64,000 nucleotides of DNA, taken from contig NC_068996.1 of NCBI RefSeq assembly GCF_001194135.2, positions 27,629,319 to 27,693,318 on the forward strand, written 5' to 3'. A model generated the notes under the pieces. The model saw nothing but the letters and a program-made list of their open reading frames with translations. It searched no databases and was not told where the DNA came from. The stretch comes from Octopus bimaculoides. Taxonomy: Eukaryota. This document shows, one piece after another, positions 13,780 to 27,304 of this stretch (the stretch's first letter is position 1; each line of letters begins with the position of its first letter). A program made the position numbers and the translations under genes.

Positions 13780-15120
13780 GTAGTGAGTCATCATTGCATT
13801 GACCATGACAGTTGAGCAGAGAATCTGCATCAAATTTTGCCAAAATCTCAGTGATACCTGCTCAGAAGCCTATGCAAAGTTTTCAAAAAGTTTTCGTCAT
13901 TCTTGACACAATAAATGAGATTTTGTGAAACTGAAATCCAAGTGTTTTATTGGTCAGCTGAAAGCAGTTTTGGCACAAACTTGGCAGACACATGTCTCAT
14001 ATTCAAATCTTCATATTCAAACTAATTTGTACATCCTCTGACAACTCACAGATGGTGATTCGGCGATTTCCCCTCACTGCTGCACACACATCTGCAATGT
14101 TTTTCTCAATTCTGCTGGTTGCGGGTCTCCCAGAATGTTCAATACCAACATTTTTTAGCCACCTTGGAAACATCTGAACCCCTCGTACACTTGTGTGCAG
14201 CTCATACACTCTTCTTCATATACTTTCCACAACTTTGTATAGGCCTCTGAGCAAGTATTGCCATGACAACTTCCTTTGTGATAGTCAATGTGGTGATCAC
14301 ACGCTACACATGTTCCTTCCAAGCACTACTGTAAACAGCGGAAGTGAGCTAGGACATTAAAACTTAGTGCACATACACAGCAGAGTTCAAGGTTAATCTT
14401 TGCCAAGCGGCTTTACTCTGCATGCTTTAGCTTCGTTATCATGACAACAGTCGGTATACTTATTGATCAGATCTTGTATAATACATACATATTTTTCATT
14501 GTGTTGAATCAAAAGGTTTTTGATATTTTGGTAACTTATTTGTTTTATTTGTCAAGTTACAACAAAAGCAGCCTAGCATTCAAAGTAGAGGCTGTTATGT
14601 TTCACCCTCTCAAGCCACCTTACTACTAGCTGTTTGATCTCATGCTAATACCAGTTCTTGTCCTTTGAGGTGAAGGACTCCTTCACTGAAACTTCTACCT
14701 CCTCTTGGTTGATGAAGTGTTACAAGCACAAGAAGTGAGTCATGGATCAGAACAAGTAATAATCTGAGGGAGATATTTTCCCACAATCCTAATGTGCATA
14801 AGCAGTGGTTAAGCAAGGGCCATGTTCTGGAAATTGTTACTAAACATGGACATTTCAAACACAAGGTCATGCTCTATATCAGATGAAATTATAAGAGGAT
14901 AATTCACGACAAGTTCATTTCAAACCATCAATGCCAATCTGTACTCCACGCAACCAGAATATGCCATTCTATGGCAAAAGTACCCAGCACTAGTTAACAA
15001 AAAGTGAGCTCTTCTGCAGCAAGACAACACAAGACCTCAAACAACTTGAACAATCTGGAATAAATTCCAGAAACTTGAGGAAATCAAACTGATGGCACAC
15101 CCAGCATATAACTCTCTAAG
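13780..15120. mobile_element. Cluster of mariner transposase fragments in both orientations
   Basis: EQRICIKFCQNLSDTCSEAY (+), RITICELSEDVQIS (-) and LLQQDNTRP...MAHPAY (+) are mariner motif remnants. Confidence 0.6.
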
Positions 15121-15382
15121 ATTATTGCTTGTTCCTAACACAAACACAAACATACACAAATATATATACATGTATACAATGAGCTTTTTAATTTTTGCCA
15201 CTCACATTGACACAGGATTATAGCAGAAGATACCTGCCCAAAGTGCTGTGCAGTGGGACCTGAACCCAAAACTACATGGTTAGAAAGCAAGCTTCTTAAC
15301 TGCACAACCGCATCTGTAATTATTTTATAATACTTATGTATAATACTTTCTATAATATAAATTTGTATTCTATAATACTTAC

Positions 15383-15482
15383 AGCATGAATAAGAGGTCC
15401 AAGAACTAAAGCACTGTCAACACACCTTCCTGAAACGACAATATCGGCACCAAGATCAAGGGCTCTTGCTATTGGACCAGCA
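15383..15482 (-). CDS. AtuA/DUF1446-family protein, exon E (100 nt)
   Basis: Translates (G)AGPIARALDLGADIVVSGRCVDSALVLGPLIHA (ALxxGADIVxxGRxxD motif). Flanked by a catcaaag acceptor and a gtaagt donor; phase fits exon D. Confidence 0.95.
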
Positions 15483-16446
15483 CTTTGATGAAAAGAGTGA
15501 AAAGGCAAAAAAACAAAAAACAAATTAATAAATAAATACATAAATATATTAAACAATTAACAATTTTCCATCCATTTGCTTCTGTTTCCTCTTTTTTACA
15601 GCAACTTTTCATGGATGAACCTCAAATATTCTTTTTTGCTACAGAATACAGGACCTTTTGTCATGAGATAAGAATAAAAGAATACAGATCCTTCTATAAA
15701 ATATATCTAAATCTCAATAGACATATAAGAAAATATCTACTGCATTTGATGGTATGCAAGAGGAGAAGCTGGGCCTCTCATAAACTTTCGCTCCACTGCT
15801 CGCAATTTTATTGGATGCAGCTGTACATCGTTAACCAGCTACATGAGAGGTCCTCTTGGGGTTAAAAAATCACAGTAGACTCCGCTCAAACAGACAGCCA
15901 TGTTAAAGTAGCTACAAATATTACACTAAAAATTTTTTTTTCCTAAATATGCACTGCTGAAAATGGTATGTGTGTAATACGCCATCAAATACAATATATT
16001 CTTTACTTTTTTATATATTCTTTATTTTTTGATACCAACTTACCTGAGACCACCTGTTTTTAAATAATTTCATTAAAAAAATTCCATCAAAATTTTATGG
16101 TAATTCATGTCCCAAACACTATAATGACAAAATTACTTAGTAAATTCTTCGTTATTTTCAAAATTAATTATAATCAACAGAAATATGGTTACACAAGGGC
16201 TAAAGGTGATCCAAATCGAAACAGTCCATCAAAATTTTATGTTAATTGATGTTCCAAACACTAGATAATAATGAAAAAGTTAACCAAGTAAATTATTCTT
16301 CATTATTTTCAGAATCAATTGTATGGCAGTGTATGTTAATAGAAATAAGCTAAACAAACAGGTTAAGAAATTTTTCTCTCTTGTTTTCCTTGTATAAAAT
16401 TTATGGGCCAACAAAACTCAAATAACTGGCTGTATTTATAAGATGA

Positions 16447-16535
<89 letters not shown>

Positions 16536-16539
<4 letters not shown>

Positions 16540-17380
16540 CAGCAATAAGAATATGGAGGGGATGAAGAGGTGGTTTTCATCAACTTTTAGACATTATATT
16601 ATGTCTATTTATTTATTTTTTAAAAAGACATGCTTTACATATATAATATGTAAAATATAAAATACCAGTAATTATTAAAATATATAACGTAGAGCATAGA
16701 AAGTAGGATAATATCTTACAGCTGTTTCAGCTAAGAGGCCATAGTACCCCATTCTACTTTTATCCCTACAGTGAACTGAAGTATTTGGTAGATAAGATTA
16801 AAGTACTTCTCTTTTAATAACTTTCTTCTACCTCTGTTTATACTTTATCTGATAAGAATAATATAATACACCTCATAATAATAATAATAATAATAATTGA
16901 TTCCTTGGTATACATATACATATGAATATAAAAATATAGAAATATATGTACATGTGTTTATGTATGTTTATATGTACGTATGTGTATGTATAAGTGTGTA
17001 TATGTGTATGTATTTGTATTCATAACTTAACCTTATGAACTTTCTAAACTCTCTGACGAAGCCCAGAGACACACCCAAGTACCTAAATCTTACCTACCAA
17101 ATACTTCAGTTCACTGAAGGGATATAAGTAGATTGGGATACTTTGGCCTCTTGGCTGAAACAGCTGTAAAATATTATCCTTTCTTTTGTGATCTAAGTTA
17201 TATATTTTAATAATTACTGGTATTTTATATTTTACATATTATATATATAAAGCATAATGTGTTATACATGCATGTATATTGTTATAATTGTCTTTTTAAA
17301 AAATAAATAGACATAATATAATGTCTAAAAGTTGATGAATACCACCTCTTGATCCCCTCCATTTTCTTATTGCTGTATAA
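16536..17380. repeat. Fold-back element with inverted arms of about 270-300 bp (probable Penelope pLTR relic)
   Basis: 16536-16808 is the reverse complement of about 17078-17380, apart from an indel, around an AT-rich spacer. The right arm carries GAAAC-agct-GTA. Confidence 0.75.
17050..17171 (+). ncRNA. Putative type I hammerhead ribozyme with a long helix II insert (degenerate)
   Basis: CTGACGA at 17053-17059; helix II agcccagag/ctcttggct; GAAA at 17157-17160; C-agct-GTA at 17161-17168; weak helix I (tct/aaa, aga in the other arm). Confidence 0.55.
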
Positions 17381-17548
17381 ATTAAGGATAAAATAACTTT
17401 TTATCCTCACCTATTTAATACACTCAGCAATGTAATTGCCATGCAATGAAAAAACACTTGTGTATTAATAATTGGGTATTCTACCAGCAGTATATTGGAC
17501 AGATATTATCCCTTAGTTGGTTGGATTCACAACATCTAACTCTCTTGG

Positions 17549-17584
<36 letters not shown>

Positions 17585-17702
17585 TCATCATCATCATCAT
17601 CATTATCGTTGTCATCATTTAACATTCGTTTTCCACATTGGCATGAGTTGGACAGTTCGAGACTGGGGTCTGGGAAGCCAGGGAGGCTGTACCAGGCTCA
17701 TA

Positions 17703-17745
<43 letters not shown>

Positions 17746-17932
17746 NNNNNNNNNNNNNNNNNNNNNNNNNNNNNNNNNNNNNNNNNNNNNNNNNNNNNNN
17801 NNNNNNNNNNNNNNNNNNNNNNNNNNNNNNNNNNNNNNNNNNNNNNNNNNNNNNNNNNNNNNNNNNNNNNNNNNNNNNNNNNNNNNNNNNNNNNNNNNNN
17901 NNNNNNNNNNNNNNNNNNNNNNNNNNNNNNNN

Positions 17933-17980
<48 letters not shown>

Positions 17981-18435
17981 AACACACACACATAAATACA
18001 GAAAATACAAGGAGTGGAACAGGTAGAGTAACTGGCTAAAGTTCATTATATATGTGGTAACAAATACACCATAGATTAGCTAATCTTCAGGCCATAGTTA
18101 CCTCAAGGAAGTTTACATTGCCACAAGAAGTAAACAAAGAGTCAACAAGCTAGCCACCGAAAAAATGGGTCAGTTGAAAGAAATAGAAAAGCTAAAGTCA
18201 AAAACTTTTTACACACACACACACACACATACACACACACATACACACACAGGCATATACACATACAACATGGAACATGGATGATAATGATGATGATGAT
18301 GATCTTCATCATCATACACACACACAAATACACATGCTTCCCTCAAATTTCTAGCTTTATGTCTATGTTAGAAGTGACTGTTATTATATTTTTGCTGCTG
18401 TTGTTGATGTTATAACTATTGTTATTATTATTATT

Positions 18436-18800
18436 GTTCAGTAGTTTTATTTTTATAACGTGCTTTCACTTCACTACCGAGCGCAGCTCTGTGCGCCTTG
18501 GGTATGTGCTGTGGTTTGCTGTGATGCTCTTATGGTTACTGTATTGAAAGTGTTTTGTGTAGAATGTGTGCAGTGCCCAGTAGTGCAATTTTCTGTATGT
18601 TATATATATTTGTAAGTCCTGGTGTTTTTGTTATGTATTTGTCTGAATATTTTTTTATTATACCTAAGGCACCTACTATAATAGGAATTGTTTCGGTTTT
18701 TAGATTCCACATTCGAGTTACCTCTATTTCCAGGTCTTTGTATTTTGAAAGTTTTTCCATTTCTTTTAGGGAAACGTTGTCATCTGCTGATATTGATACA
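18436..18800 (-). mobile_element. 5'-truncated R4/Dong-like 3' fragment
   Basis: EKLSKYKDLEIEVTRMWNLKTETIPIIVGALG...IQKIALLGTAHILHKTLSIQ* plus a 3' UTR, with (TAA)n tracts on both sides. Confidence 0.85.
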
Positions 18801-19278
18801 TTATTATTATTATTATTATTATTATTATGTCATTGGATTGGTAAAATCATCATCGTCATTTAACATCCATTTTCCATGTTAGCATGGACTGTTGGACTAT
18901 AACAGGGGATTACCTTGTGGAAATTCTTGTATCCCTTTGCCTTTCATCCGTTTGGAGTCAATAAAATAAAGTAGCAGTCAAATACTGGGACTGATTTAAC
19001 TGATTACTGACTCAACCCTCTCAGGTCTTGTACTTATTTGAAAGATGGCAGTGAACTGGCAGAGTCACTTAAACATCTGAAAAAATGCTTTGCAGTATTT
19101 CTTCAGGCTCTTTACATTCAGAGTTCAAATGCTGCCAAGGTCAAGTTTACCTTTCTTTCATCCCCCTGGGGTCATTAAAATATCAATCCAGTACTATGAT
19201 CAATAGTATCAGCTAATTTCCACCCGACAAAATTACTGGCCTTGTGCCTAAATCATTATATTATCATCATCATCATCA

Positions 19279-19309
<31 letters not shown>

Positions 19310-20467
19310 CATCATTATTATAAAGGCAGCAAGCTGGCAGAAACGTTAGCACGCCGGGCGAAATGCTTAGCGGTATTTCGTCTACCGTTACATTCTGAGT
19401 TCAAATTCCGCCAAGGTCGACTTTGCCTTTCATCCTTTTGGGGTCAATTAAATAAGTACCAGTTATGCACTAGGGTCAATATAATTGACTTAATCCGTTT
19501 TTCTGTCCTTGTTTGTCCCTTCTGTGTGTAGCCCCTTGTGGGCAATAAAGAAATAAGTATTTTGTCTGTCTTCATGTTGTAAGTTCAAATGCCACCAGAG
19601 TCAACTTTGCCTTTCATCCTTTTGTGTGTGTGGGAGGGGTCGATAAATTAAGTACCAGTTACGCACTGGGGTCGATGTAGAAACCATACCAAAGCTGACA
19701 CTAGAGCCAAATGCCTCGCTGGATCCTGTCAAACTGCCCAACCCATTCCAGCATGGAAATTGATGTTAAATAAAGATGATGACAACGACGACGGCGGCAG
19801 CGGCAATGGCAGCAATGGCGACAACGATGACGATGATATATGAAGAAGACACTGAAAGATATGTCAATTGTCTCAGACAAAGAAAAACCCTAAGCAATAT
19901 TGCAAACATATAAATAACTAATTCAAGAAAACAGAAAACCAAAACAATAAAATATAGGAAGATGGTACAAGTAGGTCAAACTTTTGTCAGGAAGTTCTGA
20001 TGAGAGGAAACCATTATTAATTCTACCACTAAATATCATGAGAATATGCAGAGAAAAAATTCAAAGAAAAGCAGTGAATATAAGAAAGCTGGAAGGTTGA
20101 TGGTGGTAGTATGTAGCTTTAATAAAATGTTTGGTATTTATTGATCAGTGTTCTTTTTTTTTTTTTCAGTCTCTTCTTTCAGACATCCACACTTCCATGA
20201 GTTTTACCATAATGTTGAGCAAATGAGAGAAATCTCCTCCTTGTATAGTACAAGAATCTGTTAGGGCAGTGTTCCACAAATTGATAATCCCCTATCTCTG
20301 TCTTTAGTGAAATTTTTACCCCATCCTTCTTTCTTTATTAACAAGAAAGCATGGGGTGCACATTGAACAGAGAGAATCCAAACAATAACACATTTATTCA
20401 CTCCCAACACACTCTGGCAAATTTAAACATGAATATCACTTCCTTTTAGATAATGTATGTTAATAAT

Positions 20468-20727
20468 ACACATGGTTCACTGGTGTAAGGGGACTTTGAG
20501 ACACTACAGTGTCTCTTCAGCTAAAGCTACCCAACTGAACTGATGAATCCAACGAGAGCACAAATTCTCACTTATAGCAACTAATTTGTTTGCTGATTTC
20601 TATAAACAAGAGCTTGAATTCTTGTTGGATTCATCAGTCAGGAGGAGTAACTTTCACTGAGGAGACACTCAATTAGGTAGAAACACAGTGGTATTTTGAA
20701 GTCCCCTTCCACTGATGAATCATGTGT
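20468..20727. repeat. Short fold-back element with a degenerate hammerhead-like core
   Basis: 20468-20558 is an inverted copy of about 20617-20727. The right arm has CTGAGGA...GAAAC...GTA; the left arm has CTGAAGA on the minus strand but lacks GAAA. Confidence 0.55.
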
Positions 20728-21059
20728 TGTGAACTCACATCATCTGAATCTATTGAAAAGTGACAACAACACTCAGATATTCACACACACACACACACCC
20801 CATATCGGCCAGAGTATGTTAGGAATGAGTAAAACACAGTTTACATTCTTATAATTCTTTCTTTGATATGATGTTAGATAAGTTTACAAAGTTTTAAATC
20901 ATTTAATTTATTTAAACATGGAAATTTGTCCAGCCCCTTTTCAATCCACACAGTCCTTAATCTCTCCCTAAAAAATGTTTTATTATGGGTTGTTCATGAA
21001 TACAATTTAGTATTTGTGGCTGGATTACAAATAACTGTCTTTGGGGTTGTTGTTGTTGT

Positions 21060-21432
21060 TGGCATTCTGTTGCTTACAACGTCGAGGGTTCCAGTTGATC
21101 CGATCAACGGAACAGCCTGCTCGTGAAATTAACGTGCAAGTGGCTGAGCATTCCACAGACACGTGTACCCTTAACGTAGTTCTTGGGGATATTCAGCATG
21201 ACACAGTGTGACAAGGCCGACCCTTTGAATTACAGGCACAACAGGAAGTAAGAGAGAGAGAAAGTTGTGGTGGAAGAGTACAGCAGGGTTCGCCACCATC
21301 CCCTGCCGGAGCCTCGTGGAGCTTTAGGTGTTTTCGCTCAATAAACACTCACAACGCCCGGTCTGGGAATCAAAACCGCGATCCTATGACCACGAGTCCG
21401 CTGCCCTAACCACTGGGCCATTGCGCCTCCAC
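21060..21432 (-). mobile_element. Young tRNA-derived SINE (CpG-rich)
   Basis: Head ggaggcgcaatggcccagtggttagggcagcggactcgtggtcataggatcgcggttttgattccc. Body shared with 27510-27815 and the reverse complement of 3187-3380. Confidence 0.8.
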
Positions 21433-21945
21433 TGTCTTTGGGGTAAATTGCTTAGAATTCTATCAACCCATTTATTCATGCATTTGTTTATTTTATTATC
21501 TTTTACTATCTTTTACCATGACTATGGCCATGCTGGAGCACTGTCTTGAAGGGTTTAGTTCAGTGGCTCTCAACCATTTTTTATCTATGGACCTTTTTGA
21601 TTCCAATTTTACTCTACTAGTCACCCACAGCATTCCATGTTTAAAAAATCCTATTATATTTCTATGATTAAATATTGTTAGGACTTGTATCAAAAAAGTT
21701 TTTTAAACATTTTGTGGATTGTAGAAGTATAACCAGTTCACCGCACATAAGCTTTAACAACAAAAATAGACCCCCAAGGGTCATATGGACTTTGGTTGAG
21801 AACCATGGGTTTAGTTGAACAAATCAAACCTAGTTGAATATTTTTTTTAAGTCTTGTACTTATTTTATTGGTGTCTTCTGCTAAACCACTATATTACAGA
21901 GACATAAACAAACCAACACCAAGTGGTGGGTGACAAAACACAAGC

Positions 21946-21980
<35 letters not shown>

Positions 21981-23806
21981 TGGGCCTCCACACAGTTTTC
22001 CCTCTACCAAATTCACTTACAAGGATTTTGATCAGCCTGAGGCTATACTAGAACACACTTGCCCATGGTGCCTTACAGTGGGACTGAATGCAATACCATG
22101 TGGTAAAAGGTAAGCTTCTTACCACATAGCTATGCTTATAATTAAATAAAATTTTTCTTTTTTAATTTTATAGTCAGGGTAAAAGGGGCAGCACCCATTA
22201 ATCTTTGCGGGCCCTGGCCTCCTAGATACTGAGACTGATATGACTGATACTGAATGTGAACCTCTGCTGGCCACATGGAGGGGGGGGGGAACTAGAGATC
22301 TGGTATAAATGCTTACAATAGAGTGGGCTTTATTAAAGGTACCCTAGGACAAAGTGGTATAGTTAAATCAGACAGTATTTAATACTTACCAACCCCAATA
22401 AAGGCACCCTGAGTACAGGAAATGATCATGATATCTGTAGTAGTGCATAAAGCTTAACCAACAAGACTAAAGATTGTACTAACTTAGCCAAATGCTAAAA
22501 ATAGTTACAAAAAAAGACCTTTTCCCATCCAAAGGGGTTTTGTAACCCAATATTTAAATGCTATTATTTATAGTTTTTCGCTATTTTGAGTTTCACTGTT
22601 TAAAACAGATTATTTCACATTCTCTCAAAATTTCCAAATTCTTATAAGATGAGGGACAGTATATTTTTATTCAATGGAAATAAAAGTTTCGGAGAACAAC
22701 AAACAAAAACATCTTTTTTCTATTCAGCTGCTTCTGATCTATCACTAGATGAAGTCTCTACATGACATTACCAAATTATTTTGTTGGCATTAAGAAGGGC
22801 ATCCAGCTGTAGAAACCAAGCCAAAATAGACTGGAGCTTGACGCAGCTCTCCGGCTCACCAGCTCCAGTCAAACTGTCTTACCCATCCCAGCACAGAAAA
22901 TGGATGCTAAGTGATGATGATTATAATGATGATGATGATGATGATGATGATGATTGCAGACCTACCTGTCTATGTTGGCCAACTGTGGACCAATTTCAGA
23001 TAGAATAGAGTGCTCACATTATTGTGTGATTAGCTGAAATAGCTGTTGGCATCAGTAAAGTTTGAACTCAAAATACAAGAGTGGTTTCGACTCCTTGACT
23101 AGGTAGTGCATTGGACTTTGCGTAAAACATTGCATTTCACTTTTCTCCAGTCCTCCACTCAGCAGTAAAGAGTAGCCCTGCAAAGGACTGGTGTCCCATT
23201 CAGTGAGGACGTTGTGATCTCAGACACTTATACAGGATGAAAACTGGGTAACCAGCCCTATGAGACCGAGGACTTAAGACAACAATATACAAAGGTTGAT
23301 GATGCTGATAATGATGATGATGAATGAAAAAATTGACCTGGGTGGGATGTGAACTCAGGATGCAGAAAGCTGAAACAAATACCGCAAGTTATTCTAAAGG
23401 CACTAAAGGTATTCAATTCAATGATCTAATGATTTTACCAATTCCTCATTTTTTTAAGTGAATAAATAAATAAAACAGCAACAAAATTAACCAATGATGT
23501 AATTTGGTTGTGTTAGATATATTCTTTAAGTTGTAGGAGATGGGGAATATCCATTGTTTTCTATAAGTTTATCTACAGTACAGGGCATGATGCTAGTTAC
23601 AGTGGATATAAATACAGTTACAGCTCAGTATTAGAGTCAGGTTGGGGAGGGGGAACACAAGGAGAGTGTGCCAATCATTATATTTTCCTGAAAGTAGAAG
23701 AAATAATGTTACTGCTTTCCGTTTGTTACTCTTTAAGCAGAAGGTCTAAGACAAACTAACAGTAACAATAATGATAACTAAATATTCACCAAACAAATTT
23801 ACTTAC

Positions 23807-23895
23807 CCAAGATAGGCATTCATACTATGAATTGTTTTGGGGATCTTCATTCCTGAAGACATTTCTTGAATGTTTGACTGTGAAATTTCTTTCAC
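23807..23895 (-). CDS. AtuA/DUF1446-family protein, exon D (89 nt)
   Basis: Translates VKEISQSNIQEMSSGMKIPKTIHSMNAYL plus GG (SxNAYLG motif). Flanked by a tttcag acceptor and a gtaagt donor; ends in phase 2. Confidence 0.93.
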
Positions 23896-24010
23896 CTGAA
23901 ACCAAATCATTAAACAAAAGGTAAAAAAAAAAAAAATAAATAAATGAAGGAAGGAATGAATGAAATGAACTACTGAAAAATTATTATTGAAAAAATAGTA
24001 CTTCTTATTA

Positions 24011-24261
24011 TTGGGTTGGTGCATAATTACTGTGGCTTTTTTTCAACAAATTTTATTCAACAAAATCAATAACAATATTTTATAAAAACATCTTTAAATG
24101 AAAGTTTGACCATCTGCTAAGCAAATGGGAAGCAGTAAATGAAGTAGATGGTGAATATGCTCCAGAATAATCATTTAAAGATGTTTTTGTTACATGTTGT
24201 TATTGTTTTTATTGAATAAAATTTGTTGCAAAAAAGCCACAATAATAATGCACCAACCTAA
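24011..24261. mobile_element. Mariner-derived MITE (about 250 bp)
   Basis: Termini ttgggttggtgcataat and taatgcaccaacctaa resemble Hsmar1/MADE1-type TIRs. Inverted arms of about 95 bp; TA on the left flank. Confidence 0.8.
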
Positions 24262-24959
24262 TGTTATCATCATTATTATCTCTTAGCCCCCTATAAGTTG
24301 GTGGGCTTATTTCTATAATAATAATAATAATAATAAAAAATAATAACAACAACAACAACAACAACAATAATAGGAGGGGAGGAGGAGAAGGCACAACAAT
24401 TGCAGTTTCATTAAGCTATAGTCTTGCATATAGTGACCCGCTTTTGAGAGCTCATCAAATTTATTTTAGTTGGAAACAAAAAAGAACAACATTATATATG
24501 GTACATAAAAAGAAGGCAGGGGAAAGCCAAGTATTCTGGTTATCTAAAAGTGCAGCTGATTAAAAGAACAATCCCAACCATAAGAACTTCCCTGAAAAGC
24601 TGCCTAAAAGAATGCAAAGACAAAAGAAGGGAAAGGCTATGAACAGACAATGTTTTAAATTGACAAAAAAAAAAAAAAACAGTGTTCTGTGTCACAGCTC
24701 TGTTGTTTTATGTTAAAAGGAAAGACAGCAAACTTATTGCTCAGAGAAATTGTTGCACACAACATAATATAGAAAACTTATTGTACATGGTATAAGGCCA
24801 GACATCCAATACTGGATTATAACAAAACTATATTCTGAAGAATGGAAGTTGAAAGTGAGTATTTACAGTACACAGTCTAAGACCAGATAGGGAATCAGTT
24901 CCAAGCTGTTATGCCTAGAATACATACATGTAGTGCTTTTTGTTTTCATGCAAGATAAC

Positions 24960-25560
24960 TGAACACATTGAGCAGAAACTATAAACCTACGTCTCATCAC
25001 CAGCGATGATGGTCTTCATGAAGTCTGGGTCATGGTTTTGCACAGTCCAGCATATCCTGAGTTATTTCCATACAGAGTTGCTTCTGTTGCTCCACCAGCA
25101 CCTTTGGGACAAATTTTGCCAACACTCTCTGCATTCATAAATCCTCCATTAAAATGAAACGTACTGATCCTTTGCTTATCCCTACTTTGTGAGCAATTTC
25201 TTGGATTGTTACATGATGGTCTTCCATAGGTATTTGCCAAACCATCTCCATCAGCCCCTCATTTTGGATTGTGGATAGCCTGCCTGAATGTGCCTTGCTC
25301 TCCACTCAGTTGCTGCCATGTTTGAAGTGGTTGTACCACTCTTTGATCTGAGTTTTGCCGATGGCATCATCACCAAAGGCATGCTGAATCTTCTGCATGG
25401 TTTGAGCTTGTGTATCATCAAGCTTTTGGCAAAACTTGATGCAAAATCTACACTTGATGTATTCAGTTATCTTGCATGAAAACGAAAATCTGACAAGCAT
25501 GCACTACATGTCTATACTCTAGGCGTAACAGCCAGGAAGTAAACCATCTGATAAAATAGA
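24960..25560 (-). mobile_element. Mariner transposase 5' fragment
   Basis: CRFCIKFCQKLDDTQAQTMQKIQHAFGDDAIGKTQIKEWYNHFKHG is a mariner helix-turn-helix region. Confidence 0.8.
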
Positions 25561-26040
25561 TATTGATAAAATAACAGGTTGAAATAATTACTGAGATCAA
25601 TATATATCGCGCGCGTGTGTGTGTGTGTGTGTGTGATGATAAATGCAACAAAACTTCCATAAAATATTCAACTCCTAAACAAGTATAATGAGTGTCCTTT
25701 ATGTGACACTGACATGGGTGCCTTTTATGCATCACCAGCATGGCTGCCTTCTGTGTGTTACTGACATGTGTGCCTTTTATGTGTCATCAGCATGGGTGCC
25801 TCTCACGCATCACCAGCACAGGTACCTTTCACGTGTCACCACGACTACAATTTCACTTAGCTTGGCGTGTCTTCTCAAGCACAGTAAATCATCAAAAGTC
25901 TTAAATAATATTTCAAATAGAACACTAATAAAAAAGAAGGCTATTTTTCTGTTCTCTTAATTCAACCAACTAAACTTCTTTGTCCTCAATAATGACTAAC
26001 TTTATTCGACTCATGGGTACATATTAATGTAACAAATTAC

Positions 26041-26171
26041 CTTTGGCATCAGATCATCTCCAGTGACAACTGCTATGTTCATGTCAACTCCAGCCTCCTT
26101 GGACAATTTCTTCAAAACTTCTGCACAAGATAATGGATTTATTCCACCTGCATTGCTAACCACACGGATTT
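26041..26171 (-). CDS. AtuA/DUF1446-family protein, exon C (131 nt)
   Basis: Translates (K)IRVVSNAGGINPLSCAEVLKKLSKEAGVDMNIAVVTGDDLMPK, with the NAGGxNP and VxGDD motifs. Flanked by a tttatcaag acceptor and a gtaatt donor. Confidence 0.95.
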
Positions 26172-26329
26172 CTTGATAAATATATGAAACAAACCACTGT
26201 TGTTACTTAACAGAACAGCCATCATGTATAAGCAATATAAATTTAACAACAAACTGATAAATGAAAAATAATAATAAACAGTAAATAGGGAAGAGGGCAG
26301 TCATTAGTGCACAACTGAGCAGATCAATG

Positions 26330-27170
26330 ATTAATGATCGAAAGCATCCCATCCATGACCACCTCTTAGAGGTCTGCTTAGAACTACATTATCTTATGTA
26401 TTCATTCTTTTTATATCTTAAGAAGAGAAGGGAAACATTCACAACCTATTTCAGGGTTTTCAAGGTCTGGACCAGATCTCTAGTATTATTCCAAATTCTT
26501 GCAATACACTGGACATCAATAAAAACTCCCAAACTCAAGAATTAGTACTAAACTGGGCAATGGACTATTTAAGATAGAGATTGAAGAAGGTTTGACTGTT
26601 ATTTCTAATAGGTCCAAAATTATTGGAACAGAAGTTACAGGTGGTCAAATAGAGAAGACAATTGACAGAGGGCTGATAATTCATATCTGTCACAAGTATT
26701 GTGTCAACATACCAATATATCTTGATGGACCAATTCTTTAAATGTATCACATCCACCAAATCAATAAGGTACCATATAACCAATCAAAGGTCTAATATAC
26801 AAAATTCACACTGGCTTAATTCCTTAGAAATATCAGGACTAGCTGATGTTTAACTGTACAGATAAGGTACCAGACACCAACGAAAAAGCCACTGGATTAT
26901 ATTCCATAACCAGCAATCTAATAGGGAACTGAGAAAGACCTTTTAAAATCTCAAATGGCCTGATTCAACTTGTAAAAAAATACTCCAGAGTGAGAAAAGC
27001 TGGCTTTTCAAGCAATGGGAGCACTGCATAATTACTCAGTGTTTCTTTAGCTTGCAGTAAAAAGTTCAACTAGCCCAGTAGAGCAGAAGTGAGCAATGGG
27101 GTACCGCTTCATAAAAGATGTTAATATCTGCAGCATCGAATACAATTCAATTTTCTTCTATGACTTCTTT
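26330..27170 (-). mobile_element. Highly degenerate reverse-transcriptase relic, probably Penelope-like
   Basis: VFDAADINIFYEAVP resembles the PLE RT motif D...LYTNIP, and IWYLIDLVDVI lies where W.RYIDD would be expected. Heavily decayed. Confidence 0.35.
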
Positions 27171-27264
27171 GAAATCACATGGAAAAACAACCCCATGACC
27201 CTCCCAAGAGATTCTGAAAACATTGATTATGGTAATGATGCCAATAAATGATGAGGATGAGGAC

Positions 27265-27304
<40 letters not shown>

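Noticed and set aside
21330-21432. tRNA-like sequence with A and B boxes
   Set aside because: It runs straight into a SINE body shared with other copies and has no proper acceptor stem, so it is a SINE head and not a tRNA gene.
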